NCBI GenBank assembly: GCA_053919585.1
Contig: CM132802.1
Strand: one strand, 5' to 3'
Source of the DNA: Euprymna scolopes
Taxonomy: Eukaryota
Length of the DNA: 64,000 nt
Position 1 is the first letter of the stretch. Each line of letters opens with the position of its first letter. The notes under the pieces are model-generated. The model saw only the letters and a program-made list of their open reading frames with translations, ran no database searches and was not told the origin of the DNA. Positions 40,568 through 52,879 of the stretch are shown piece after piece. The translations under genes were made by a program, and so were the position numbers.

Positions 40568-40620
40568 TAAGCTACACTGAATATTCGGCGTTTCATCCAC
40601 TATAGGATTCTTCAGGCTTA
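40568..40620 (-). ncRNA. Type I hammerhead ribozyme in the 3' pLTR, intact core
   Basis: Reverse complement TAAGC CTGAAGA ATCC tatagt GGAT GAAA CGC cgaatattca GT GTA^GCTTA. Confidence 0.9.
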
Positions 40621-40988
40621 TTGCACGAATTCTGTGGTTGTTTTTCGTTTTTATATATGTTGAGGATTTTAGTTAGCCAATCAGCTTTCTAGTATCCACC
40701 GCGCCCCTTCCTATCAGCTAATGGGCATGCATTTTATCGAACAAAGGATATGTTTTAGAACTAGGTTAGTGGTTTAAGGCAGACGATTTTCCTCATTTCT
40801 GCTCTTTTTTTATATAAATATACATATGTGTACACACATACATGCACACATATATACATATATATATACACATATATATATATACATACATATGTGTGGT
40901 CGTTTATGTATATTCATGTTCATCAAATTTATTTATTTATTTGTTTGTTTTCTATTGTTTTTGTTAGTTTTACAGCTATTTTGTATCA

Positions 40989-41477
40989 CTATCCTAGAGT
41001 AATTTTTATTTTGTGAACACAGTTGTTTGCTATTTCTCGTCTACAGTTTAATAGATTTTGGGGTTCTTTAAAGTACAGGATAGCAAATTTTTCATGGAGG
41101 CATAGTTTACATCGGTCATCTAAATGTCTCCACGTGGTAGCTTGTCATATTATTTTCCATTGGACTACCGGCGAATGTCCGCTTTCTTTGAGTTCCCAGT
41201 ATTTATTCGCTAGTGTTGTTTTCATACGGTGTTTTTTATTGTTGAATGTAATTTTGTGGTCATAGTATCGGGTTTTGAAATCTAAGGAAGTCATGCCTAT
41301 GTAATATTTCTTGTTATTTGGGTTTTCTTTCGCAAATATTGTTGCTTGATAAACTACGCTTTTGGTTAGACATTTATTTTGAACTGGGCAAAGTGTGCGG
41401 TGTCTACAATTGCATTTATCTTGTTCGTTATTATTATTATTTTTATTTATGGTATGGTTGTTCTTGTCCGGGGTTGG

Positions 41478-41528
<51 letters not shown>

Positions 41529-43085
41529 TCTGCTAGTGTTGGTTTATTTTTGTCATGGTGTCTACTTTTTTATTGCTTATTTTGTTTTCGTTTACATTGT
41601 TTTTATTTAGTATTTTATTATTATGTGCTTTAGTTATCATCTCTAAATTTTCGCAACAACTGTAAGATAACTTCAAGGTATTTTTATTGAAGATTTTGTG
41701 TAAGGGGTTAGTTGCGGGAAAGTGTTTTTCAATAAGGTCTAGAAATTTCTTACCAAGTTTTGTTTTTAACATTTGATTGTATGGGGCCGTATACCAAATT
41801 ATAGTTCTCTTTCTTCTATTTTTTATTTTATTATAGTTGTTGGTGTTTTGTTGCTTATATTTGATATCGATATTTTTGAATCCACTATTTTTTAGGGCTG
41901 TTTCGTTGACCTGTTAAATGCATTTTCATCGCTTGAGTTATTACTGAGTCTACTTACGATCGAGTTGGGAATGTGTTTTATAATTGATGGTGGGTGGTTG
42001 GACTTAGGGTTTACGTTAATTGGAGTAGCGTTATCTCTTAAGTATGGTTTATATGTGTTTTTATCTAAGTTTAACGTGACGTCCAGGAAGTTTGTTATTT
42101 TTATGTTAGCTGATACGTCTGCTTTTTTCATTTCTTTGTGTATGATTTTCTTAAAGTTTTCTCCCTTGACTTTGTTGGAGTTTTTTTATTATAGCTAGGC
42201 CGTCATCTCTATATAGGTCGATATCTGTAGTATCGAATATGCTTGTGAGGGTATATAGAATGAATAATCCCACAAGATCTTATGCGTCTGCAGAATCCCT
42301 GGCACTCATCGCCAAATCAAACGAATTTTTCATTTTAGTTTTTATCCATTGGTTATTGTTATTTATTAGAACTGATTTTCTACATTTTTTAATGATGTTG
42401 ATTTCTTCCGAGGATATATCAGTGTATGCCTCGGCAAATTCTAGGGCAATGTTAAAAAGTTCTTCGGATATCGAGGGATGAAAGTCTATGATGTCAAACT
42501 ATATGAACGTACATTTATGTTTGTTTTCTATATTTTTAAACCAGGTGATTGCTTCGGTAGTATTTGCCCACTGGTTTAGTTCTAGGTCCTGTTTGATTTG
42601 TTTGTTTACTCTAGAAAGTATAGTTTTGCTAATTCTACCTATTTCTGGTATAGTTGGGTTTATTAGGCGGGTGCTGGGATTATTATTAAAGTCCCATTTG
42701 TGGTCTTTGAGCAGAATGTATTCCTCTCTAGGTTTCAATTTGCCAAATTTATCGCTGATTTTTAGTTTATCGGTAATTTGTTTACTTTCAGTATTTATTA
42801 TATGTATGTAGTCGCATTCGTTTGTGTCTATTTTTTTGTTGTTTTTTGTAATGTTTTCTGTGATTAGTTTGTTATATTCTTGCTTATCTATTTTATAAAA
42901 GTTTCTGGTTTTATCTGTTTTTACAAAGATTTTATTAGAGTTGTTTATGTGTCTAACGATTTCGTGTAGTTTCCGTTGGAAATTATTAGGTTGATTGTGG
43001 AATTCTAGGTTTTTAATTACGTTTAAAAAGTAATTTTCAAAGTTTATCAAAAGGTCTACTTTTTTCGCATTTTTAAGGGTTTTAT
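40989..43085 (-). pseudogene. PLE reverse transcriptase / GIY-YIG endonuclease ORF, 5'-truncated and disrupted
   Basis: VKTDKTRNFY, RLINPT, LYRDDGL, NFLDVTLNL, SNHPPSI, CNCRHRTLCP linker, VVYQAT..YYIGMT..FKTRY, CKLCLHEK...CVH. Confidence 0.9.
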
Positions 43086-43168
43086 CCCCGCCCCCCCCAA
43101 AAAAAAGGACAGAAATGAGGAAAATCATCTCCGTTAAACCACTAACCTAGTTCTAAAACAGATTCTTT

Positions 43169-43262
43169 GTTCGATAAAATGCGTGCCCATTGGCTGATAG
43201 GAAGGGGCGCGGTGGATACTAGAAAGCTTATTGGCTAACTAAAATCCTCAACATATATAAAA
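43169..43262 (+). promoter_or_regulatory. Candidate Pol II promoter inside the pLTR
   Basis: Two inverted CCAAT boxes (ATTGGC), GGGGCGCGG GC box, and TATATAAAA about 30 nt upstream of the HHR; conserved at 40650-40730 (-) and 53060-53150. Confidence 0.55.
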
Positions 43263-43288
43263 ACGAAAAAATACACAGAATTCGCGCA

Positions 43289-43334
43289 TAAGCCTGACGA
43301 ATCCTATAGTGGATGAAACGCCGAATATTCAGTG
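43289..43334 (+). ncRNA. Hammerhead ribozyme copy, disabled by deletion
   Basis: CTGACGA/GAAA core present, but an about 29-nt deletion after AGTG removes the GUA^GCTTA cleavage site and the 3' strand of stem I. Confidence 0.8.
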
Positions 43335-43442
43335 TTACTAACTAGCTCTACCTACGTATTGAGCACCTTTGAAGTAAATACTTAGAGTTTACGCATAAAT
43401 CCATACTTTTGTATATTAATTTTATGTGAGTAAATGAAGTAG

Positions 43443-43494
<52 letters not shown>

Positions 43495-43559
43495 TAGTAG
43501 TGTCATCTAAAAATATTTGCAATTTTATTAATATAGTCAGTACGGTTCAGGTCGACTAC

Positions 43560-45030
43560 GCCGGCATCTTTATCAGGTCTGGAAAGAGAACTATCTTTAT
43601 TTTATTTTAAACTAAATACAGTAGAAAAATGGGATTTTTTCCTGACAAAATCCATCGAGTCAATCGACGAATTGCTATAAGAATATGCAATACTAGACAC
43701 ATTAGCCTTCATAGCTGAAAAAGTATCCGAGGAAAGAGGGGTATGATTTTTTAACTGGGAAATCAAAAGTTCAAATTCAGTTAAAACCACAATATCACTG
43801 ATGCATTTTGGAGGAACACAAAAATTTTAAACTTTAGAGGGAACAAGTTTCTCAGAATCAGACAAGACCACGCTAAAGAAAATTTTAAAATATGTTTATC
43901 AAGGTTGGTTTTCTCCGAGCTAAATCTATTTTTAATTATTAACGATGAATGTTGTTTGATTTTCCGGGTAGATGATTTTGTATTAACCTCGGCATGATTA
44001 GCGAACGGGCGAGAAAAACGAAAGAAATCAAAGAGGAACACAAAAAAACTGTAGGCAAAGTGCCATAATCGATAGTGACAAAACAAAAGGTATTCAAGTT
44101 GACGTGAAATCTTTGTATGTCATCAGTAAGGAAAGCACGTTCAATAAGAAATCTTGGTGACAATTTGGCGAGAACGTTACGTTTAGAAATATACCGGGGG
44201 TAACATTATTTTTTCTAAACAGGATTTAAGCAAAGGAATGAAACGTTAAACCGTGACATCTCCTTTTTTAAACTAGAAAGCCTGTTGAGGATATTAATCT
44301 GGGATCGAGTGTACCGTTTTCGAAAACAGTAGAAAAATTTATTTGGGGTACAAAATTTATATATGACGGATAAGAGAGTTCTTTTAAACCCGAGACGCCT
44401 TTCGCCATCCTCATAAGTTGTAAAACAATGGCATTTTGCTTTTGAACAAAAGAAAATAGGAGGAAGAAATTAAAGGTAAGGTAAAAATTTACAAATATAC
44501 ATATCAAGCTACGGTATCTCTCGACAAATCACTAAAAAGGTCTAACGTATTAACGAACCTCTTCTGTCTGCAGAGAGACGGCTTGAGTTGCGCAATGGAG
44601 ACAGATTCGAGAGTTTCCGATGACTACTCAATCGTCCTCGAAATAAAATTCAAAAGAAGTCGTACTTATATACCAGCCCACATTTTAGATTATCCAGTAA
44701 TGGCTGTCCAATTGCAGAATTTACATTATTGTGAGAAAAGTTAAGGATACTTTTATTTTTTTTTACGAAAACTTGAAGATACATGTTGTCCAGTGTTTGT
44801 TTTAAAGTGAACACTCGTTGCCCGATGAAGACAGCATCACACTGACGTTGGAATTTATATATAATTTTACTAAGTTTAGTGACAGGCAAACCGTTTTTAT
44901 TTTCGACAAAAATAAAAATGCAGGTTTCGTATTGCAAATCACATGAAAGACAATTGTTGATAGCCTGTTTAAGTTGGCTAATGAGAATGACACATTGTTC
45001 TCCACCCCATGGCAACTTAATACAGGACAC
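43560..45030 (-). mobile_element. Second PLE family (Penelope/Poseidon-like) relic in partial-tandem arrangement
   Basis: GIY-YIG end (KIIYKFQRQCDAVFIGQ, SAIGQPLLDN, LCRQKRFVNTLDLF*) at about 45030-44535, followed downstream by an ORF N-terminus-like segment (LKSCLEK..VTP) from about 44250. Confidence 0.65.
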
Positions 45031-45079
<49 letters not shown>

Positions 45080-47967
45080 ACATGTATGTACGTGTGTATG
45101 TATACACACGCACGCGCGATTGTGTAAAAATATACTTTAGTTATCTCTATTGCAATTAAAAATTATTGTTTCCATCATGTCAACACATTTGTACCAATTA
45201 TTTTGTCAATATAAGATGGTATCTTATACTATGCGTTACTTTTAGCTAGAAATGTTGAATTGCTGTTCGTTTATTCATTACGGGTACTTAATTACGATGT
45301 ATTGTTTCAGAATCTGTTCTTGAACCCGCTCGCCGTAGATCCTATATATGTTCTTTTGTTTATTTTTACAGGACGTCGCATTTATATACGCCTCGGAAGT
45401 TTTTGAAATTTTGCACAAACATTAATCATGATATGAGTCACAAAGTAGCAGAACGGATTTTCCGGGAAAACTCTGGTTGCCCCTCGAGGGGTGCCTTTCG
45501 CGTTAAAATGGCTAAAATTGACACTTTCGTGTTTATAAAAAAAAAAAAACAATTGATACCTTTAATTTTTATAAAACTTTCTGAAAAGTTGTAACGAATT
45601 GATCTCCATATAATTTTCTTTGCCTATATTTCGCAATAAGTCTTGTTTGTCCAAGGGCCACTGTAATGGCTAATAAAAACACTCTATTTATTTTTTTAGA
45701 TGATTTTACCATATTTTTTCAAAATCTTCTGTGTATGTCTATTTAGCAGTTTTGCGTGATGCTGAACTGAAATTGAAATAGACTTTTGTGGCTAAATGGT
45801 GGTCATTTAGTCATTCCTTTTTTTGCATGGTGCAGAACTCAAATTTACATATGTTAAGTCCTAAAATTGCATCGTTTGTTCAATTTCACCAGGATTTGAC
45901 GTCCCCTGGGGACTTTTTGGGCTAAATGGGGCGGGGGCAAATGCTGAACATGGTCATTTTTTATGCCTGTTCAATGTGCACACACGTGGAAACATAGATA
46001 TTTCACTTGTTTTTTTCTTGTAATGAGCATTCATTAGTTTCTAAAACCTTTAAACCTTTGAATATAGCTAAACTATTATTTATTTATAAATGATGTGTTC
46101 TTATATTTACTAACCATAAAGTTGTAAATAAAACCGAGTGTTATTCACAAAAAGTGAAATTAAATTGGAAACGCGCACACACAAACACACACTAACACAC
46201 ACATATGCATATGTAATTTTTTTTTAAATTCTAATCACAGCCGTCCATCAATCAAACATCGTATTAATTTTTTATGCATAATTCTTCTATGAAAGCAGAC
46301 GTAAAAAAATAAAAAACAACGGCATGCAGTATTATTGATGATGCAATATTAGCAGTAATGAACTTCGCTTTCATGACAAAAATACTGGATTTAAAACTGT
46401 AATCAGATATCGAAAATGAATGGAAATCAATAACAGAACACTCTTACAAAGAAAAAAGAAAAAAAGTCAAAACATGTTTGCACTCAAAACGAAGGATTAT
46501 GTTTAGCGTTCTAACATGGCACCAAAACTGCACTAGCATGACTGTCGATATGTGGAGCAACCGATGGAAACAAAAAAGCATAAAATTCATTGTTTTACTT
46601 CTATATAAATCAACATCAACCTGCTCAATATTTTCTCTTCTCCCTTTCCTTTTTTATTTCTCATATATTTTCGTCTCGATTCTCTGATTCTCACGTGCTG
46701 CATGTGCTCCTCTCACCCTTCTCTATGTATCTTTATCTTTTCTGTCTCTCGCTTCCTCTCGCTCACTCTCTCTCTCTCTCTATCTATCTATCTCTACATA
46801 CATATATATATATAAATATGACGTTATAAAAGNNNNNNNNNNNNNNNNNNNNNNNNNNNNNNNNNNNNNNNNNNNNNNNNNNNNNNNNNNNNNNNNNNNN
46901 NNNNNNNNNNNNNNNNNNNNNNNNNNNNNNNNNNNNNNNNNNNNNNNNNNNNNNNNNNNNNNNNNNNNNNNNNNNNNNNNNNNNNNNNNNNTTGCTGTGA
47001 CTCAGTTTGTTAAAATAGAATACATTCCTCAAGAAAAATTTATATACTTTTAATATTTTCTGCAATTTTTATTCCTCAAAAAAAGATTCCTTTTTTACCA
47101 TAAATTGTAAGGGGAAAGGTTAGGTTTTTTTCAGGAAAACTTGCAGATTTTTAAAAAAGAATTGACAGTAAACGTTTCTTTTTGCAAACGAAATGTTTAT
47201 TATAAACAGAAAAGATTAATGCTTTATATAAACACTGTAAATAGTTATGTGAAAGTAGAGAAAATTCTTTTTCAAGAGAATGTACAAATTATTTTTGTCA
47301 ACATATGTTAAGAAAATAAACAGAAATATACTCCCATCATGAACTAATTAATTAATTAATTATGGAAAAAAAAATTTTTTTAATGTTGATTTAGTGTTCC
47401 AATATTTAAACAACGCTCGGTTGAATTCGGTGGAATGAAATGGAATCAGGGGGGGAGTATCAAATTCTGCATGAGTACTATCCTTTTTAATTTTGTCTTA
47501 TGTTCAATTTGTTAATTGGGCTATCAGCGATTGCAAACTAACAAATGCTAAAAATTCAACAATAAAATAATTTTAATAGGTGCTTAGCTTCTAATAAAAA
47601 TCCTAGTAAACCAGTCCTCCTTATTTGTTCGGTTGTAGTAAAAATGGAAGGGAAACTTAAATTTCGCCCCGTTTTATTTTATTTTTTTAATTGTGCCCCC
47701 CAACAAATATAATCCAAAGAATAACGGTGGATCTACACTTTATTACCGAAATTGGAGACGCCATTTTATTTAACGCACCTTCTGTGCAAATCCGTGTTAG
47801 ACTATGGCCGAAGCATGAAATAAATAATGCAAAATTTAAAATGTTGAAAGATTGCCGATAAAAAACAATAAATAAATAAATAAATAAACAACCCACTTCG
47901 CCGTTAAAAAAGGAAAAACAATTATTTAAATTAATTAGTTGTTGACCTTTCAAAGTTGCTTTAATTC

Positions 47968-49389
47968 AAAATTCAGTACAGGCCAATAAGTCTCCTGTGT
48001 ATCATGAGTAAGTTACTGGAATCCATATTAAATAAAGTAGTCAACCACCTCAACAGAAACAACATCTTTAGTGACATGCAATATGGTTTCCGCTCTGCGA
48101 GATCTACAGCAGATATGCTGACGGTTATATCTCATAGGATTAGTTAATCTCTTGACAAAGGTTTCCTTTCCGGGGCAACTGCTCTTGACATGTCGAAGGC
48201 CTTCCATAAGGTATGGAAAAAAGGCCTACTTCACAAGATTTCCAGCTACGGTATCACTGAAAATGTTTATTCCATCATTAAATCATTTCTCTTTGATAGG
48301 TTCATAAGAGTAGTGGTTGATGCGCAGAAATCAGGGGCCCACAGATTTAATGCTGGAGTCCCTCAGGGGTCCATCCTGAGCCCAACTCTCTTCCTGATCT
48401 ACATCAATGATCTTTCAAAACACACACTTAAATCATTCGTTGACATCTATGGCAACACATCACAGGCCGTAAATGATGGTTCTCTCTGATTCTCTCTCCT
48501 CTGATCTTGAGTGCGCGGTACAGTGGGGGAAGAGCTGGTCACTTTTAATGCATCCAAAACCAAGCTTCTATCTTTACATCATCAACGCTCTCATGCCCAT
48601 CTGGCATCAATTGAAATGTATGGCTATCGTCTTGGGGAGGCTCCATGTTTTGACAAGCTTATGGGGTTGACCTTTACTCCTGATCTGAAATGGAACAAGT
48701 ACATCAGGTCTGTTGCCAAGGACGCTGGGAAAATGGTGGGATCCTTCTACCGACCCAGAAGATATCTCACTACTGATGCACATCTTTATCTGTATAAAAG
48801 CCAAGTACGTCCAAGGACGGAGTACTGCTGTCACATCTGGGCAGGAACTGCTAAAAACAGCCTATCCTTTCTTTGACAGAGTACAAAATAGACTTCGTAG
48901 TTTAGTGGGTGATGCCCTTTTCTCTTCCCTGCAGCCTCCCTCCTACAGAAGAGATGTTGCGAGCCTGGCTTTGTTTTATCGTTATTTTCATGGCAAGTGC
49001 TCCTCCGAGCTCCAATCTCTCGTCCCCCTCGCCAATCTTTCACGAGAAACACCCGTCTGCCTGAAACCACTGTCAATAATTTCCCCCACTCTTTATCTGT
49101 GCCTAAATCCAAACGTAGATTCCATGAGCAGAGCTTCTTTCCAAGAAGTGCACGACTGTGGAACTCTCTTCAGTTTGCCTGTTGCTCACCTGACTACAAA
49201 TTGGATGTCTTCAAATCCAACATAAACAAATTCCTGACAAACCGCCCCCTTAAGTAAGACACTCTATCAAAACCCCCAATACTAATGATTACTACAATAC
49301 TATCTCATTGATTACTGTACATGCAATAACCCTTATCTGTGATTGGCCTCTTGGCCTTGATAAGTGGTGACCTCCGTGTACAAAAAAAA
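47968..49389 (+). mobile_element. CR1/L2-group LINE, copy 3 (5'-truncated, frameshifted)
   Basis: [34 protein letters not shown]; YADD deleted; same 3'UTR plus A tail. Confidence 0.92.
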
Positions 49390-49424
49390 TAAAAATGATT
49401 TATTTGTTCCAAAAAAAAAGAAAG

Positions 49425-50330
49425 AAAACTCCTGTCACACTAAGTAATTTAGGTGACTGAAATAGGAGTTAAAAGATTAAGGACAAAACTGAATTTCCCC
49501 AAAGGAAAAAAACTGTTTGTACACGTGAAAAAAAAAGAAAGTTATGGCCGAAGCCTGAAATAAATAACAAAAAATATTAAGTGTAGAACAATTGCAGTTA
49601 AAATAAAAAATAAATACATAAAAATCAACCACTTCTTCGTTATAAAAAAAGAAGCAATCATTATATTTTATTTGTTGTTGACATTTCAAAGTTAACAATT
49701 AAAAAAAAATAATTCCAAAAAAAAACGTTTTCAAATATGTATTTGTACGAAAAAAAAGAAAAAAAAATTTTATAAAAATCCGATGTTTCTTTCATTACGA
49801 AATTGTTGTATTAAAAGTAAAATTATTTTACGCAAATTTTTCACTAAATGTTTGTCCAATTATGTTTTGATAAATTTGTATACAGTGAATGTATTGGTTT
49901 TGTTACGGTTTTCAAATGGCGCTCGCCCAGTTGAAACTCTGATGAATATTTCATGTGATTGTCTGTTTTTAACAACAAAAAATGTTCCATGGAAAACTGT
50001 CCCGTTCTCATTAATTAAATCAAAACATTTCCAATTAAACGGAATAGACACCCCAAACCTCCCAATGTTAAGAAAGGCTTTCGGAATAGGCAACCTGTAA
50101 CCGTGTGAGCATACACGGAAACCTATGGAAGTTGACATGTGGAACGTGAATGATGATTTTGCCGTAATGTTATAATGTACCGGCATATCATTTTATGCAG
50201 AAATTCCTAAACTCGTTTCACACTAATTAATTTAGGTGACTGAAATATGAATTTGAAGAATAAGGGAAAAACTTAATTTCACCTAGAGAAGAAAATGTTT
50301 TTACACGTGAGAAAAAAAAAGTTATGAGAA
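49425..50330. repeat. Local direct repeats (49425-49545 similar to 50209-50326; 49541-49695 similar to 47801-47957)
   Basis: Shared CACACTAA.TAATTTAGGTGACTGAAATA...TACACGTGA and TATGGCCGAAGC.TGAAATAAATAA...GTTGTTGAC.TTTCAAAGTT. Confidence 0.75.
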
Positions 50331-50347
50331 TTTTTTTTGCACGGCGA

Positions 50348-50736
50348 GCTTACCAATGTAACAGAAATGTGTAAGGAAAAATTCAAGATGGCGCCCGACC
50401 CTCTCTTCAACACTAAGTTTGGGAAAAGATGTTATAAATGTTGCAGCAATTCAATAATCTTTTTACACCGGTTCTGCACGGATTCCAACAACAGTAAAAT
50501 ATCCTCACACGGCACAAGAAGCAACAGCCACACGATTCCCCAGCCAACTCAATCGTCCCTCCCCGACGTCTTTCCCCTCACCCGCTTTTATCGTCGTTCT
50601 AGGCCGGCTAAATTTGCATATTCCGAGAATTCGTGTGACTTTGCGAGACATCATAATTTACAAAAGACGGCGGCCGCCATCTTGGTCTTTCTTTTCTATT
50701 TTTGGTCGGTAACGCTTAGCTGGTCTCGAGGTAAGT
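50348..50736. promoter_or_regulatory. Probable bidirectional promoter with two divergent non-coding first exons
   Basis: CpG-rich; YY1-type motifs (AAGATGGCG, CGCCATCTT), ATTTGCAT octamer, pyrimidine tract; plus-strand donor GAG|GTAAGT at 50731 and minus-strand donor TTG|GTAAGC at 50353. Confidence 0.55.
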
Positions 50737-51841
50737 CTTTTTCCCCTCATCCGTCTCTCCCACGTACCCACACAACATGCAAACACGCGGGCGCTTATCT
50801 CATGGATGCACGCTACAACCAATTCAGTTAATTTTTTTAAGTAAAATAAATCCAATGTAAAAATCAATTTCGAGATAAATATTAGTTTTCTTGGTATAAT
50901 TGCAAGATAATTAGTAAAGTAAACTCCTAAGATATTGAGTTAAATATTAAAAAAAGAAAACGCCTTGTTTGTGCTAAGGAAAACGTCAGTAGTGAAATTC
51001 ATTCTGGTTTGAGTTATATCGTAACGATTTTTACAATTGCAATGAAATCTGAAAAATGGGAACATGAAAGAAACGAAACGAAAGCATGCGAAACGCAGTA
51101 AACCGGAACTGAGGTTTTTAGAGATGCATATAGAAAGGCATTGTTTACATTTTGAAATGTAGTGTTTCTCTATCCGAGTCGGTGACTATTTTAAAGCACA
51201 CACAAAACTAATCGAGATTGATATCTGCGTCATCGTTTTAAGTGAAAATTTGACATCTTACATTTTGTAATGCGCTAATCGTAAAAGTAATCTGTAACTC
51301 TGTAATAGGTAAAACGTAAACAGAAAAAGAAAACCTCGAACGAACGGAACTAAAGGAAAAGGAAATGATATATTATATGTTAATGAATAAAAAAAGAAAA
51401 GAAAATTAATCACTAAGAAAAGCAGAGAATTGTTTTTTCCTAGTGTAATAATGATTCGAAGTAAATTCTAAACAAGCAATGTATAATAAGGCGTTGTGCG
51501 TTTCCCGCAATAGAAAGCATTTCAATTTTTATATGCAACTAAAAAACCCGTAATCGGTGTGCGTTTGTATTTGTCCCTTGTGAACGATGATGCGGTGGTG
51601 TAAATGGGAAGCAGGGAAAGGAGAAATTAAATAGAGAGAAAAGATTTTACAACTTCCATTGGTTCTTATAGGTTTTGGCCGTGGATTCTAACCAGAAAAA
51701 AATATAGGAATGTACGATTATCGAGCAAGAGTAGAGGTAGTAGGCCTATATGCTGCAGTTTGTGCATAATACATTTGCATGAAATGTCTCGAGTTTTAAT
51801 CCTAATAAAGTCAAACTCAGGGAGGAAAAATGAGTTCACTT

Positions 51842-51921
<80 letters not shown>

Positions 51922-51993
51922 TGTATATAGATGACGTTACATAAGTGTATCAACAACCCTGGGTATGGAATCACAAGCATAAAAAATGAAAGA

Positions 51994-52050
<57 letters not shown>

Positions 52051-52879
52051 AATAGAAATATATATACATGCACATATATAAACGGTTATGTGTCTGTCTG
52101 TCTGTCTCCCTATTTTCAATTTTTATCTCCTCCGAAAGTAAAATCTACAGAGCAGCGCTAGGGGCCTCAAATGATTAAATCTTTTATGGGCCGGTCTTTT
52201 ATGTGTCTTTAACCGGTTAAAATTATTTTTAAAGAGTCTGAAATAGGTTAAAATTAAAAAATCCTTATGCATTTAGTACATATATCTTAGTTTATTTTTT
52301 ATTTTTTATCTTTTCATCGGTTTACATGCGTGTCACGTTGACACAGTAGTAACGTTACCAGCTTTGAATCCTACAGAGTCTGGTTCGAACCTAGCTTATG
52401 ACATTAAGTACTTCTGAAATCACGACTCTATAATAATGAATACGAAATCTGGACGAATTAAAATATCATGCTTGAGCGTATTTTACGGCAGGGAAAAACT
52501 CGGNNNNNNNNNNNNNNNNNNNNNNNNNNNNNNNNNNNNNNNNNNNNNNNNNNNNNNNNNNNNNNNNNNNNNNNNNNNNNNNNNNNNNNNNNNNNNNNNN
52601 NNNNNNNNNNNNNNNNNNNNNNNNNNNNNNNNNNNNNNNNNNNNNNNNNNNNNNNNNNNNGTGTGTGTGTCTGGTCACGAATAAGCTCCTGTATGGTTGA
52701 CTATTTTAAAAAAAAATTGATTACATATAATGATAGAAGATGTATCGAGACACAGTAATGGGTATGTTTGATCCTGCAGAACGGTGGGTCATTAAAATTG
52801 TGGGGTCTGCGTTCGCGCCTGGCGCCCAAAAGCTGGAAACAAAAAATTTATAAATGAAAAAAAGCGTTTACAAGGGGTT

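Larger units (their letters stand above)
40540..43445 (-). mobile_element. Penelope-like retroelement (Naiad-type) with a sense 3' pLTR and an inverted 5' pLTR
   Basis: RT plus C-terminal GIY-YIG frame; 40574-40800 and 43111-43334 are inverted copies; both ends abut (TA)n. Confidence 0.92.

Noticed and set aside
44355-44420. Minus-strand ATGAGGA-TGGCG..CGTCA possible HHR in the second PLE
   Set aside because: Both core boxes deviate from consensus; cannot be supported
49783-50186. Overlapping 105-aa and 108-aa ORFs on opposite strands
   Set aside because: No recognisable domain; embedded between local direct repeats
51134-51266. Hairpin plus terminal ACA downstream of the putative first exon
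   Set aside because: Pairing is imperfect and AT-rich; not distinguishable from chance by eye
52340-52400. GGTTCGAACC B-box, possible tRNA gene
   Set aside because: No cloverleaf; probably a decayed SINE head
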